Shown here in pieces: positions 37,545-48,855 of a DNA stretch of 64,000 nucleotides. The position numbers and the translations under genes were made by a program. Origin of the DNA: Gammaproteobacteria bacterium. GTDB lineage: Bacteria; Pseudomonadota; Gammaproteobacteria; CBDBNL01; JAAOII01. Numbering within the stretch: the stretch's first letter is position 1; each line of letters starts with the position of its first letter. The notes under the pieces are model-generated. The model was given only the letters and a program-made list of their open reading frames with translations, had not been told where the DNA came from and ran no database searches. The stretch is from contig OZ242372.1 of the NCBI GenBank assembly GCA_965209035.1, positions 1,088,001-1,152,000 on the forward strand. Reading direction: 5' to 3'.

Positions 37545-39038
37545 TCAAAAGTCCTTTTGGCATGCCAAAACATCCGACCAGCTGAGGTCGTCAATCGGCC
37601 AAAGGGGTCGGCGCAAATTTTTGTAGTTTGTTTTCTTGGGGTCGCTAGGGTAGCAGCCGCGCGCGCTGACATGCAAGATGTGCGGTGTTAACTTTGAAAA
37701 AGCGGCGTAAAAATGATTGGTGGATTTGACAACAAGAAGACGCTTTGCGGCAGGGTCTATGCCGAGATTGGAAAATACATCCGGCGAGTAGGTTTGTGTT
37801 CGGTGCGAACAAAGGATGACTTCTGTGCCGCCGACTTCCAGCACGACGGCTGTGCCAAGCGAGACCTTGCTTTCGCCGAACGACTGCCACGCGTCCGGTT
37901 GGATCTTTTTGATGAGAACCTGTGCCTTAACCGGCTCGCCGACAAGGTCGCAACTGTGCCCGCCGAATGCGAGCCGAATGCGGCTGCCTTCGCCGGCGGC
38001 GCGGCAGGTTTGCACCGCGCGCGGATCCCAGATGCTCGCCAAGGCGGCATCTTGGACGCCGTGTTCCAGCATCGCATGCAGTAAAAAGGTGGAATCGCCG
38101 GGGACGCCGCCGCCGGGGTTGTCCCACATGTCCGCCAGCACGGTCGGGGGGGAAGGGTTCGCGTCCGCCCGTTCCAGCCCTTCCGGCACGGACAGCACCG
38201 GCATCATCAGTTGCCCGCGCAAACTAAATAATTCTTCCCCCAGTTCGCGGGCGATGCGGTCGCCTTTGGCGCGGTTGTTGTCGGTCATCACCAGAATCTT
38301 GCATCCCACTTCCGGTACATCGGCCGCCATGAAGCCGTGGCAGACGGAAATACATAACAGGTCGCGGTGGGCGTCTTCTATTTTCTTCACCTTGTTGATG
38401 AAACTTTTCATCGGCTCGTGGCTGGTCGGCATGACTTCTACCATGCGGCAATCAAACACGGAAAAGACGGGGCGGATTTTGCCGTTGAGCAGGTCGGCCG
38501 CCAGCCGGGTGAGGTCACGCGCCCTTTCCAAAAAATCCGTGTGCGGAAATTCCTTGAAAGCAACAAACAAATTTAAGTGCTCCAGTTTGGCGCGTGTCAA
38601 ATGCAGATGCAAGTCAAACTCCGCCATGATCGGAATGTCCCCGCCGACAAGTGCGCGCAGACGCCGCAGGAGATCCCCTTCGCAGTCCTCGTAGCCGTCG
38701 GCAATCATCGCGCCGTGCAATCCTAACAGAATACCGTCCAGCGGCAGTGCATTTTTAACTTCGGCAAGAATGGTGTCGCGCAGTGTTTCATAGGCGTCTT
38801 TGGTAATCAGGCCGCCCGGTTCGGCCCAGTGGGCGGATCCTTCCGCCAGTTTCCAATCGCCCCGTTTGGCGTGTTCGCGCGCCGCCGTAAAAGGAGCGGA
38901 ACACAGAGTGGGATAGGACGGATGCGTGCCGGCCGGCGCCCAAAAGCCTTCGCGGAAACTTTGAATATCCGTGGGCAGGGGAGAAAATGTGTTGGTCTCG
39001 CTTGCCAAGGAGGCAACGAAGACATGCTTTTTGGTCAC
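37545..39038 (-). CDS. M81 family metallopeptidase/deacylase (MlrC-like)
   Basis: ETNTFSP, LHGAM, DCEGD, DLH, FPHTD, DNPGGG, VKSTNHF. Confidence 0.92.
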   Translation of the reverse strand: MTKKHVFVASLASETNTFSPLPTDIQSFREGFWAPAGTHPSYPTLCSAPFTAAREHAKRGDWKLAEGSAHWAEPGGLITKDAYETLRDTILAEVKNALPLDGILLGLHGAMIADGYEDCEGDLLRRLRALVGGDIPIMAEFDLHLHLTRAKLEHLNLFVAFKEFPHTDFLERARDLTRLAADLLNGKIRPVFSVFDCRMVEVMPTSHEPMKSFINKVKKIEDAHRDLLCISVCHGFMAADVPEVGCKILVMTDNNRAKGDRIARELGEELFSLRGQLMMPVLSVPEGLERADANPSPPTVLADMWDNPGGGVPGDSTFLLHAMLEHGVQDAALASIWDPRAVQTCRAAGEGSRIRLAFGGHSCDLVGEPVKAQVLIKKIQPDAWQSFGESKVSLGTAVVLEVGGTEVILCSHRTQTYSPDVFSNLGIDPAAKRLLVVKSTNHFYAAFSKLTPHILHVSARGCYPSDPKKTNYKNLRRPLWPIDDLSWSDVLACQKDF

Positions 39039-39049
39039 TCGGTTCGCTG

Positions 39050-39463
39050 TTACCGCTTGGGTATGTCGGGCTCAGGGAGAGGGGGGAAGATGGGACGGCC
39101 GATATTGTTAATGAATACCAAGTAACAGAATAGCAGGGCGGCGATGATCAGCGGGATTTCCACATCTCCTTTGCCGATGCCAAGCAGCCAATTGTAGATC
39201 GCAACATAGCCAAGATACACCAAGGCAATTGCAGCGACATACACGGCAAAAATGCGTCTTAGCCACACATGCAGAGAGAAAAAGCAATCAACGGACCAGA
39301 TGAAGAATGCCGGCGGGGTGAGTTCAAACAACAAGGCCGTCCAAAAGGGCGCATTGCCCAGGAGTGCGGCAAAAGTGATGAACAGCGAGAACCCAAAAAG
39401 CAGGATGCCGACCAGCCCCAAAATTTTCCGCCCAAGCGGCGATGTTATGGTAAGGGATGCCAT
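39050..39463 (-). CDS. Hypothetical 4-TM membrane protein
   Basis: Four hydrophobic segments; operonic spacing with its neighbours. Confidence 0.7.
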   Translation of the reverse strand: MASLTITSPLGRKILGLVGILLFGFSLFITFAALLGNAPFWTALLFELTPPAFFIWSVDCFFSLHVWLRRIFAVYVAAIALVYLGYVAIYNWLLGIGKGDVEIPLIIAALLFCYLVFINNIGRPIFPPLPEPDIPKR

Positions 39464-39473
39464 CTTTCGTTAA

Positions 39474-39941
39474 TTAGTGTCCAAGTTTTTCCCAGTTTTT
39501 GTTTGCCCGCTCGGTCAGAGCATCCGGATCCTTGGCGAACTTGTCGCGGCCGCTGCGGGCGTAAAACAGATGCAGTTTATTGTTGTGACGCACGAGATAC
39601 TGCTGTTGATCTGTGCGTACTTTTTTGCCCTTTGTCGCCATCGCATAGGAGCAATAGCCGCCGTATTGGGGAACATAGTCGCCGGGCGATTTCTTGAACT
39701 CGGCAAGATTATCGGCATTTTCAAAATACCAAACACTCCCTTCGTAAGAATGAGCGAACTCGGACTTGCCGCGCACCGCCCGGTTATCCGCAAGATAGGT
39801 GACGACATCGTAACCGCGAATAACAACACCCGAGCGATCCCGATACAAATGGTCATCGGCAAACGCTGGCGCGACGGAGCAAAGAATGCCAAGAGTGCCA
39901 AGCAACAACAGGGAAGTGAATAATTTTTTAGTGTGTTTCAT
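39474..39941 (-). CDS. Exported YHS-domain family protein
   Basis: Signal peptide, GYDVVTY, PQYGGYCSYAM; GAGG SD upstream. Confidence 0.85.
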   Translation of the reverse strand: MKHTKKLFTSLLLLGTLGILCSVAPAFADDHLYRDRSGVVIRGYDVVTYLADNRAVRGKSEFAHSYEGSVWYFENADNLAEFKKSPGDYVPQYGGYCSYAMATKGKKVRTDQQQYLVRHNNKLHLFYARSGRDKFAKDPDALTERANKNWEKLGH

Positions 39942-40082
39942 TTTTTAGTACCTCTTTTTTAGTAAATAGTGAAAGTTTTGGCAGGCCCCGGAGCAAGCGG
40001 GGATGCACTCCGTTTTTGAAAACAACAGCAAAGTTGGTCATATGACTATTATAACCTTTCCGGCTTCTTGATCTGAGGACTT

Positions 40083-40148
40083 TGTATGGTCCCACCCAGT
40101 TTCGGGCTTTTGTTGTTTTTGCAAAAATTGGATCGGCGAGAGTTGTTT
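40083..40148. mobile_element. Dispersed ~65-bp IS-end-like repeat (also 40404-40440, 43055-43120, 45548-45615; inverted at 53458-53521)
   Basis: TGTATxxTCCCAC...TTTGTTGTTTTTGCAAAAAxxGGATCGGCGAG; a TGT terminus is typical of IS481 ends. Confidence 0.65.
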
Positions 40149-40670
40149 GAGAGCATCGCGGAGATCTGCTAAATGATATCAACGCATCCCTCTCATTTCA
40201 AATCCGCAGGGCAGCCGCACCCGCACCCGTATAGCGCAACTGTGTCGTAAGCGAGAGTGCCGCGACAGATTTTGAACAACAGGCCGCCGGCCGTACCGCG
40301 GAGACCGGAATAGTTGGCAGTCCGGCTTACTCGCCTTATATTTTTATTCTTGCGGCAACTTGAACCCGGCACCCTCCTGTTTGCGGGTTCCTTAATAAAC
40401 GGACTTGTTTTTGCAAAAACCGGATCGGCGAGGGTTGTTGAGGGAAAAACGCGTATCAGCCGGCATAAAAGACCCGGGTGCCTGCCAATAGATTTCGAAT
40501 AACAGATGAAAGGCCGAGGCTAAGAAGTTGGGAGTTGGAAGTTGGGCGGGCAGTCGTCTTATTTGTCGTGTTCTGCCTTGCCCCGTCCTGTCTTGTCCTG
40601 TCTCGCCCCGCCCCGATCTGCCGGTCCGTTCCGGGGCTTCCCTCTTGCCGGCCTCTCTTGCCGGCCTCTC

Positions 40671-42932
40671 TTACCGGTCTTGTGCCGAAAGGCCGCCCGG
40701 CACGCAGCTCAGAGCCGGGTATTGTGTGCTGTTACCGAGATCCCAAACACGGACGAAGGGGGCGGGCAACTCGGTGGTGCTTTCCGCACCGGTGTTCGGG
40801 TTGCACCAAGCATTGCCCCAGTCGGCATAGATTCCCGTGAAGTCGGTCGGTGATTGCAAGTCTCTCGTGCTATGACCCTCGCCCAAATTACCGGCACTCA
40901 TAGACTGCATGGTGGTTTGATTGTCCCAGTAGGAAGCAGTGACATCGGCGCCACTATTGGTGATGCCGATCAATCCACCGACAACATCTTCATCCCCACC
41001 TGAAACAAGCCCGGGGGCGGCATAAGAATAATTAATTTGAGCTCTTACCCCCTGCCCAACCAGCCCGCCAACAACAATACTCTTGCCGCCCCCGGAAACA
41101 CTTCCGCCGAGCACATAGGCATAGCGAATAGACGCATTATCCCCATACCCAACCAGGCCGCCAACAGAATTGTTTCCGGAAACACTTCCGCCGAGCACAT
41201 AGGCATAGCGAATATTCGCATCCTTACCAAACCCAGCCAGGCCGCCAACAGAAAAACTCCCGGCAACATTCACGCCGGACACGGGCGCATAGCGAATATC
41301 CGCATTCCTACCATCCCCAACCAGCCCGCCAACAGAATTGTTTCCGGAAACACTTCCGCCGAGCACATAGGCATAGCGAATATCCGCATTCCCACCATAC
41401 CCAACCAGGCCGCCAACAACATTTCTCCCCCCGGCAACATTCACACCGGACACGGACGCATTGCGAATATCCGCATTATCCCCATATCCAACCAGGCCGC
41501 CAACAGAATTGTTTCCGGAAACACTTCCGCCGGACACGGACGCATAGCGAACATCCGCATCCTGACCAAACCCAACCAGGCCGCCGGCAAAAAAACTCAG
41601 CCCGGCAACATCCACACCGGACACGGACGCATTGCGAATATCCGCATTCCTACCATACCCAACCAGGCCGCCCACATCAGTGGCACCGCCACTGACACGC
41701 ACATTCCGGAGATGCAGATTTTGGATGCCACCGGTTAAGGCACCAAACAACCCCACTCCATTGGCAGTATTGTTCGCAGAGATGAACAGATCGGCAATAC
41801 GATAACCGCCGCCGTCAAAGATTCCGGTATAAGAAGAAGTACAAACATCCAAAGCGAAACAAGAACCGATCGGCTGCCAACCGCTGCCGGTCGTCCAAAC
41901 AACTTGATTGCCACTGCCCGCGGCATAGGAAGCATCATCGCTAAAATTGAACGAGCGAGTTAATTCATAACCCTCACAGCCGCCGTCATCGTCATCCGGG
42001 CAGCCCATAGAACCCACAGAGGTGATCTCGGGGATACGGCCATCATCCGCCCCATCGCCGTTCAGATCATCGCGCAGCCGCGCCAAGTCATCCAAAGTGC
42101 GAATCTCGATCAAGCCATTATTATTGTCATCCACATCCTCATCGTTATCCCGACAGCCGTCACCGTCATTGTCCGCGGACGCATTGGAAGTCCAGCCGGT
42201 AACACCGGTCGGACAAAGATCTGTAGTATCCTTCACACCATCATTGTCATCGTCATCATCACAGGCATCACCTCTGTCATCCGCATTGTCCGTGTTGGTT
42301 TGGTCCGCATTGGCATCCAACGGACAATTATCGATATTATTATCCTCACCGTCATCGTCAATATCTGTGCCTACACCGGCTCCCGCTCCCGTTGTGCCAG
42401 ACACAGGAGGCGAGGTCCCGATAATGCCGTTCTCATAACGCACCGCAATCGTGATGTTGTAGGCGATGTTATTGGTTAACCCCGTAATGTTGTAGATGAC
42501 CCGAGCAAGCGGCGCAACATCCGCCACGGTAGAATTAAGTTCTCTTGTGCCTCCATCGCTCGCATCGTCACGGCGTGTGGTAATAACGAACCCGGCGATA
42601 TTATCCGAATCCGGATTAGTCCAACCCACGAGAATATGATCCTCACCGATCAGAGTCTGGATATTGGAAACAGCCGGGAAATTCTGAGGATCGGGATCGG
42701 GATCGCCATCGCCGGCGGCACAACCTGTCAGGACCAAACCGAACATACCCGCCAGCAGCACACCGTAAAAACGAGCCGGTATGCGCATCCGTCGTGCCCT
42801 ATTGGGTTCGGGAAAAGCCTTAAAGACATTAAAGACATTAAGAAGACGCACAGATACCGTGCCTCTTTGTTCGCGGCGCATTGTTTTCGCCGACCGCACA
42901 GGAAAAAAGTGTAACTGTTTCATCGTTTTCAT
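40671..42932 (-). CDS. Surface lipoprotein with FN3-like, TSP3 Ca-binding and GLUG repeats, copy 1
   Basis: Lipobox LVLTGC, DxDxDG/DNCP repeats, VGGLVG repeats; true start probably further downstream. Confidence 0.85.
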   Translation of the reverse strand: MKTMKQLHFFPVRSAKTMRREQRGTVSVRLLNVFNVFKAFPEPNRARRMRIPARFYGVLLAGMFGLVLTGCAAGDGDPDPDPQNFPAVSNIQTLIGEDHILVGWTNPDSDNIAGFVITTRRDDASDGGTRELNSTVADVAPLARVIYNITGLTNNIAYNITIAVRYENGIIGTSPPVSGTTGAGAGVGTDIDDDGEDNNIDNCPLDANADQTNTDNADDRGDACDDDDDNDGVKDTTDLCPTGVTGWTSNASADNDGDGCRDNDEDVDDNNNGLIEIRTLDDLARLRDDLNGDGADDGRIPEITSVGSMGCPDDDDGGCEGYELTRSFNFSDDASYAAGSGNQVVWTTGSGWQPIGSCFALDVCTSSYTGIFDGGGYRIADLFISANNTANGVGLFGALTGGIQNLHLRNVRVSGGATDVGGLVGYGRNADIRNASVSGVDVAGLSFFAGGLVGFGQDADVRYASVSGGSVSGNNSVGGLVGYGDNADIRNASVSGVNVAGGRNVVGGLVGYGGNADIRYAYVLGGSVSGNNSVGGLVGDGRNADIRYAPVSGVNVAGSFSVGGLAGFGKDANIRYAYVLGGSVSGNNSVGGLVGYGDNASIRYAYVLGGSVSGGGKSIVVGGLVGQGVRAQINYSYAAPGLVSGGDEDVVGGLIGITNSGADVTASYWDNQTTMQSMSAGNLGEGHSTRDLQSPTDFTGIYADWGNAWCNPNTGAESTTELPAPFVRVWDLGNSTQYPALSCVPGGLSAQDR

Positions 42933-43340
42933 TGTTTTTTATTATCGTTTTCTATTATGATTAATATTAATTTTTTTGAGACATTGTGAACTTGTGAACT
43001 CAACTATTATTATAGTAACTTTAATTTTCAAAATCATGTGTGTATGTATGATCCTGTATGATCCCACTCAGTTCCGGACTTTTGTTGTTTTTGCAAAAAG
43101 CGGATCGGCGAGGGTTGTTGAGGGAAAAACGCGTATCAGCCGGCATAAAAGACCCGGGTGCCTGCCAATAGATTTCGAATAACAGATGAAAGGCAGAGGC
43201 TAAGAAGTTGGGAGTTGGAAGTTGAACGAGCCGTCGTCTTATTTGTCGTGCTCTGCCCTGCCTCGTCCTGTCCTGCCCCTCCCCGATCTGCCGGTCCGTT
43301 CCGGGGCTTTCCTCTTGCCGGCCTCTCTTGCCGGCCTCTC

Positions 43341-45440
43341 TTACCGGTCTTGCGCCGAGAGGCCGCCCGGCACGCAGCTCAGAGCCGGGTATTGTGTGCT
43401 GTTACCGAGATCCCAAACACGGACGAAGGGGGCGGGCAACTCGGTGGTGCTTTCCGCACCGGTGTTCGGGTTGCACCAAGCATTGCCCCAGTCGGCATAG
43501 ATTCCCGTGAAGTCGATCGGCGATTGCAAGGCTGCCGTGTTATGACCCTCGCCCAAATTACCGGCACTCATAGACTGCATGGTGGTTTGATTGTCCCAGT
43601 AGGAAGCAGTGACGGCGGTGCTACTATTGGTGCTAGCGATCAATCCACCGATATCACCACCGCCGGAAACAGGCCCGGGGGCAGCATAAGAAGAATTAAT
43701 TTGAGCTCCTTCCCCATACCCAGCCAGGCCGCCAACAAAATCCCCGGTGCCCCCGTTAACACTTCCGCCGAGCACATAGGCATAACGAATATCCGCACTC
43801 CTACCATTCCCAACCAGGCCGCTAACAACAAAATCCCCGGCAACATTCACACCGGACACAGACGCATAGCGAATAGACACATTAACCCCATACCCAACCA
43901 GGCCGCCAGCTTCACTATTCCCGTTAACACTTCCGCCGGACACGGACGCATTGCGAATATCCGCATTCTCACCATACCCAACCAGACCGCCAACAGCAAG
44001 ATGCATCCCGGCAACATTCACACCGGACACGGACGCATTGCGAATATCCGCATTCTCACCATACCCAACCAGGCCGCCAGCTTCATTATCCCCGTTAACA
44101 CTTCCGCCGGACACGGACGCATTGCGAATATCCGCATTCCTACCATTCCCAACCAGGCCGCCAACAGCAGCGGCACCGCCACTGACACTGACACGCGCAT
44201 TCCGGAGATGCAGGTTTTGGATATCGCCGGTTAAGGCACCAAACAACCCCACTCCATTGGCAGTATTGCTCGCAGAGATGAACAGATCGGCAATACGATA
44301 ACCGCCGCCGTCAAAGATGCCGGTATAAGAGGTGCAATTATTCGCTGATGAACAGGAGCCGATCGGCTGCCAACCGCTGCCGGTCGTCCAAACAACTTGG
44401 TTGCCACTGCCCTCGGCATAGGAAGCATCATCGCTAAAATTCAACGAGCGAGTCAGCTCATAACCCACACAGCCGCCGTCATCGTCATCCGGGCAACCCA
44501 TAGAACCCACAGAGGTGATCTCGGGGATACGGCCATCATCCGCCCCATCGCCGTTCAGATCATCGCGCAGCCGTGCCAAGTCATCCAAAGTGTGGATCTC
44601 GATCAAGCCATTATTATTGTCATCCACATCCTCTGTCAAGGTAGTATTCACACCGGTCGCGCAACCGGCAGATAATCTGTCCGGTTTGCCATCGCCATCC
44701 GTGTCGGCACTCGCACAGGCATCTGTCCGGAACGCATCTTCCGTATCCGCCACGCCATCATTGTCATCGTCATCATCACAGGCATTACCACCGTCATCCG
44801 CATTGTCCGTGTTGGCTTGGTCCGCATTGGCAACCAACGGACAATTATCGATATCATTATCCTCACCGTCATCGTCAATATCTGTGCCTACACCCGCATC
44901 CGCTCCTGTTGTGCCAGACACAGGAGGTGAGATCACGATAGTGCCGTTCTCATAACGCACCGCAATCGTGATGTGGTAGGCGATGTTATTGGTTAACCCC
45001 GTAATGTTGTAGATGACCCGAGCAAGCGGCGCAACACCCGCCATGGTAGAATTAAATTCTCTTGTGCCGCCATCGCTCGCATCGTCACGGCGTGTGGTAA
45101 TAACGAACCCGGTGATATTCATCCGGTTCGGATTGGTCCAACCCACGAGAATATAATCCTCACCGACCAGAGTCTGGATATTGGAAACAGCCTGGGAATT
45201 CTGAGGAGCGGGATCGCCGCCACCGCCGCCGCCACCACAACCTGTCAGGACCAAACCGAACATACCCGCCAGCAGCACACCGTAAAAACGAGCCGGTATG
45301 CACATCCGTCGTGCCCTATTGGGTTCGGGAAAAGCCTTAAAGACATTAAAGACATTAAGAAGACGCACAGATACCGTGCCTCTTTGTTCGCGGCGCATTG
45401 TTTTCGCCGACCGCACAGGAAAAAAGTGTAACTGATTCAT
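43341..45440 (-). CDS. Surface lipoprotein with FN3-like, TSP3 and GLUG repeats, copy 2
   Basis: Tandem paralog of 40671-42932 with near-identical ends and flanks. Confidence 0.85.
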   Translation of the reverse strand: MNQLHFFPVRSAKTMRREQRGTVSVRLLNVFNVFKAFPEPNRARRMCIPARFYGVLLAGMFGLVLTGCGGGGGGGDPAPQNSQAVSNIQTLVGEDYILVGWTNPNRMNITGFVITTRRDDASDGGTREFNSTMAGVAPLARVIYNITGLTNNIAYHITIAVRYENGTIVISPPVSGTTGADAGVGTDIDDDGEDNDIDNCPLVANADQANTDNADDGGNACDDDDDNDGVADTEDAFRTDACASADTDGDGKPDRLSAGCATGVNTTLTEDVDDNNNGLIEIHTLDDLARLRDDLNGDGADDGRIPEITSVGSMGCPDDDDGGCVGYELTRSLNFSDDASYAEGSGNQVVWTTGSGWQPIGSCSSANNCTSYTGIFDGGGYRIADLFISASNTANGVGLFGALTGDIQNLHLRNARVSVSGGAAAVGGLVGNGRNADIRNASVSGGSVNGDNEAGGLVGYGENADIRNASVSGVNVAGMHLAVGGLVGYGENADIRNASVSGGSVNGNSEAGGLVGYGVNVSIRYASVSGVNVAGDFVVSGLVGNGRSADIRYAYVLGGSVNGGTGDFVGGLAGYGEGAQINSSYAAPGPVSGGGDIGGLIASTNSSTAVTASYWDNQTTMQSMSAGNLGEGHNTAALQSPIDFTGIYADWGNAWCNPNTGAESTTELPAPFVRVWDLGNSTQYPALSCVPGGLSAQDR

Positions 45441-45547
45441 TATTTTCTATTGTTTATTAATGTTTTCTATTATGATTAATATTAATTTTTTTGAGACATG
45501 GTATGTGAACTCAACTATTATTATAGTAACTTTAATTTTCAAAATCA

Positions 45548-46183
45548 TGCAGTATTCCTACCCATTTTCGGACTTTTGTTGTTTTTGCAAAAACCGGATT
45601 CGGTGAGAGTTGTTGGTGAGCATAGTGGGGACGTCCGAGATGATACCAAGCCAGCCATGCGATGAGTTTGGCGTTGAATGCCGGCATATCCTTTAAACAG
45701 GAGATGCCGCATATGACAACCGAACTCTTCCCCCAAGGTATTTATTAAAGAAGTGCGATTGAATCGCTCACAGCGTGCATTCATTTGCGGTTTCCCCAAA
45801 AAACAAAATAGCATAAGTATGCCAGTGTCTGCTGCCGTTTGCTGTCACGATCCGGTGAAAGTCTTTGGCGAACTCACTGCCATTATCGGTGAGGACTTTT
45901 TCGATCAGACCAGCGAGAAGCGGGAAAACAGGTCAATGCCGACGTGCCAATCAATGCGCCGGCCGCCGATGATGCGGATGAGCATCCCAAAGGCAACACA
46001 TTCACCGGTCCGGCTTGCATCAAAGCCGACTTGCTTGCCCGTTTGATTCATCCGGCTCCACATCTATTTGTGACCCGTCCGACAGAACCTCTAACCGCCG
46101 GGAGCCGCCGGGAACCGCCGGCTCTTTAATTTGAGGACGCACCATACCAAACTCAGAGTCCGGAACCTTTATGAGATCATGCA
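45548..46183 (-). mobile_element. Degraded IS481-like element
   Basis: Integrase-core fragment KPQMNARCERFNRT; IS-end repeat; segments shared in inverted orientation with 52600-53521. Confidence 0.6.
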
Positions 46184-46222
46184 TGCATTGCATTTCCAAA
46201 TTCCTTTTCTTTATGAGGCTCC

Positions 46223-47059
46223 TTATTCTTTTAAGTTTGAATCTATTTTAGCTTTCCGCAAATTGCGGTCTTTCCGGCTGTCGAGACCCTTTACTATGCG
46301 GCTCAGCAGAAAGAGAAAACCGCCAAAAACCGCCGCTGCCGGCGAAGCCGGCAAGTTAAAGAACAACGACAGCAGCAGCCCGGCACTTAAAATCAAGGCC
46401 GCCACGGGAACACAGAGAGCCATCATCCGATAGGGGGAACGCGTCCAAGAACGGACAATCACCGCCGGCATGATCATCAGAGTATTAATAAGAAGCAGTC
46501 CGACAGTCTGCACCGCCGCACTGATAAACAACGCCAAAACAAGAAGAAACAATAATTCGATGCGTCTGCCCGCCACCCCTTCCGCCCGGGCAATCTCTTC
46601 CTGCGCGGCCAGGGACAGCAGCGGACGACGCAAAAACCAAAGACAAACAAGCGTGACCGCACAGACCGCCGCCTGAATGAGCGCGTCCCGCGGCCCGACC
46701 GAGAGCCATTCGCCCAGAAAATAGGAAAGAAGGTCTATGCGCAGGCCGGCAACACTCACACACAAAATGCCGGCACCCAGGAAAAAGTGCGCGGCCAGAT
46801 TGAGCAGCGCGTCCGTGGCGAGTTCTTTCTTGCTCGCCGCCAGCCACAAAAAGAAACACAAAACGGCGGAGCAGGCAAAGATGCCCAGAAACAGGTTGAC
46901 CTTGAAAACGAATCCCAGAGCCAGCCCCAGCAGTGAGGCATGGGCGAGCGAATCCGCAAAAAAGGCCATTCGGCGCCAGAAAACAAAGCAGCCCAGAATA
47001 CCCGCGGGTGCCGCCAACACCAAAGCAGTCACCCAGGACCAAACAAAAAAACCGATCAC
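46223..47059 (-). CDS. znuB: Metal ABC transporter permease (ZnuB/ABC-3 family)
   Basis: LGCFVFWRRMAFFADSLAHASLLG, EIARAEG, VGLLL...MPA. Confidence 0.85.
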   Translation of the reverse strand: MIGFFVWSWVTALVLAAPAGILGCFVFWRRMAFFADSLAHASLLGLALGFVFKVNLFLGIFACSAVLCFFLWLAASKKELATDALLNLAAHFFLGAGILCVSVAGLRIDLLSYFLGEWLSVGPRDALIQAAVCAVTLVCLWFLRRPLLSLAAQEEIARAEGVAGRRIELLFLLVLALFISAAVQTVGLLLINTLMIMPAVIVRSWTRSPYRMMALCVPVAALILSAGLLLSLFFNLPASPAAAVFGGFLFLLSRIVKGLDSRKDRNLRKAKIDSNLKE

Positions 47060-47628
47060 CCGACCGGGGGAACAGCCCCGTTAACTTTGGCGGCCTTAAT
47101 CAATCTAACAAATGTGATGGGCATCATCAACCGGAAACCCGCCCGCCGACAGCCAGTGCTTATCGCCGGACGATACCGTAAGATGCGCGACCCGGCAAAC
47201 AAAAAAGTACGGAGAACAGAAATAACGGATAGCATAAAAAATCATTTTACGCCATATCGCATCGGCACAGGTTGACCTGCGCGCTTTCTCTCTCCCCCCC
47301 CAATTTTGATCACGGCAGACGGTGGCACCGGCACCATCATCATTCGCCCACCCGCCCGGGCAAGATCACCGGTTCGCGTTAAGTTATTAAAAGCATTAGC
47401 CCCTAATCCATAAAGGGCAATAAAGGGTAATGTCAAAATGTCAAACATCCCTGTTAGATGTGCCAACCACTCGCGCCGATTCCGGTTCGGGGCGGAAGGG
47501 GACTCACAAAAACACCAGATCCCAAAATCGGGCGGGGCGAGATGGGACACGCACTCTTTTTACAATCAAGGCGTGCTATAATTAAGGTTAATTAGTAGAT
47601 AACTATTTTTACTTTTTGTGCGGAAACT

Positions 47629-48213
47629 ATGAACACTAAAAAGAACACTAAAAAACAAATAAAGGAATACCCGTTGGTTAATGAAGGTTATTACCTGTCC
47701 GACCATATTGCTAACTTTTTTCTCCACAAGGCTTCTCAAAACAACAAGAAACTTGATGTATTGAAATTAGTCAAATTGTGTTACTTGGGATATGGCTGGG
47801 TATTGTCTATCTTGAGTAAACGATTGATCGATGAGCATGTGGAGGCCTGGCGGTTTGGCCCTGTCATTCCTTCGGTATATTATTCTTTCAAGCATTTTGA
47901 AAGAAGCCCAATAACAAATTTTACCCCAACGATGAAACTTGACAGAGGGGCCGGAAAAATAAATATCAAGTATTTTTCTATCAAGCCGGGAACAGAAGAA
48001 AGCAAAATTTTAGCGATTGTTTGGAATTCTTATAAGGATCTTAGCGGTAAGGATATGATTAAAAAGATGCACACCCAAGACGGTCCTTGGATCAAGTATT
48101 ATGAACCCGGGATACGGGGAATCGTCATGGACGATCATGTGATCAAAGAACACTTTGACCGGATCATTTCCCAAAGATTAAAAGAGGCAGAAGTCTCCGA
48201 CCACCTTTCATAA
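47629..48213 (+). CDS. Panacea/SocA (DUF4065) antitoxin, copy 1
   Basis: IANFF, LKLVKLCY, EAWRFGPVIP, H...GPW; extended -10 TGCTATAAT upstream. Confidence 0.88.
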   Translation: MNTKKNTKKQIKEYPLVNEGYYLSDHIANFFLHKASQNNKKLDVLKLVKLCYLGYGWVLSILSKRLIDEHVEAWRFGPVIPSVYYSFKHFERSPITNFTPTMKLDRGAGKINIKYFSIKPGTEESKILAIVWNSYKDLSGKDMIKKMHTQDGPWIKYYEPGIRGIVMDDHVIKEHFDRIISQRLKEAEVSDHLS

Positions 48214-48276
48214 TCAAGGCGTGCTATAATTAAGGTTAATTAGTAGATAACTATTTTTACTTTTTGTGCGGAAACT

Positions 48277-48855
48277 ATGAATACTAAAAAGAACACTAAA
48301 AAACAAATAAAGGAATACCCGTTGGTTAATGAAGGTTATTACCTGTCCGACCATATTGCTAACTTTTTTCTCCACAAGGCTTCTCAAAACAACAAGAAAC
48401 TTGATGTATTGAAATTAGTCAAATTGTGTTACTTGGGATATGGCTGGGTATTGTCTATCTTGAGTAAGCGATTGATCGTCGAGCATGTGGAGGCCTGGCA
48501 GTTTGGCCCCGTCATTCCTTCGGTATATTATTCTTTCAAGTATTTTGAAAGAAGCCCAATAACAAGTTTTACCCCAACGATGCAATTTAACAGAGGGAGC
48601 GGAAGAACGAATATCAAGTATTTTTCTATCAAGCCGGGAACAGAAGAAAGCAAAATTTTAGCGATTGTTTGGAATTCTTATAAGGATCTTAGCGGTAAGG
48701 ATATGATTAAAAAGATGCACACCCAAGACGGTCCTTGGATCAAGTATTATGAACCCGGGATACGGGGAATCGTCATGGACGATCATGTGATCAAAGAACA
48801 CTTTGACCGGATCATTTCCCAAAGATTAAAAGAGGCAGACTCCAATGAAAAATAA
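48277..48855 (+). CDS. Panacea/SocA (DUF4065) antitoxin, copy 2
   Basis: 648-bp tandem duplicate that includes the promoter. Confidence 0.88.
   Translation: MNTKKNTKKQIKEYPLVNEGYYLSDHIANFFLHKASQNNKKLDVLKLVKLCYLGYGWVLSILSKRLIVEHVEAWQFGPVIPSVYYSFKYFERSPITSFTPTMQFNRGSGRTNIKYFSIKPGTEESKILAIVWNSYKDLSGKDMIKKMHTQDGPWIKYYEPGIRGIVMDDHVIKEHFDRIISQRLKEADSNEK

Noticed and set aside
41037-44234. Long plus-strand repetitive ORFs (233 aa, 358 aa) and similar antisense ORFs across the window
   Set aside because: Shadow frames of repetitive or GC-rich genes on the opposite strand
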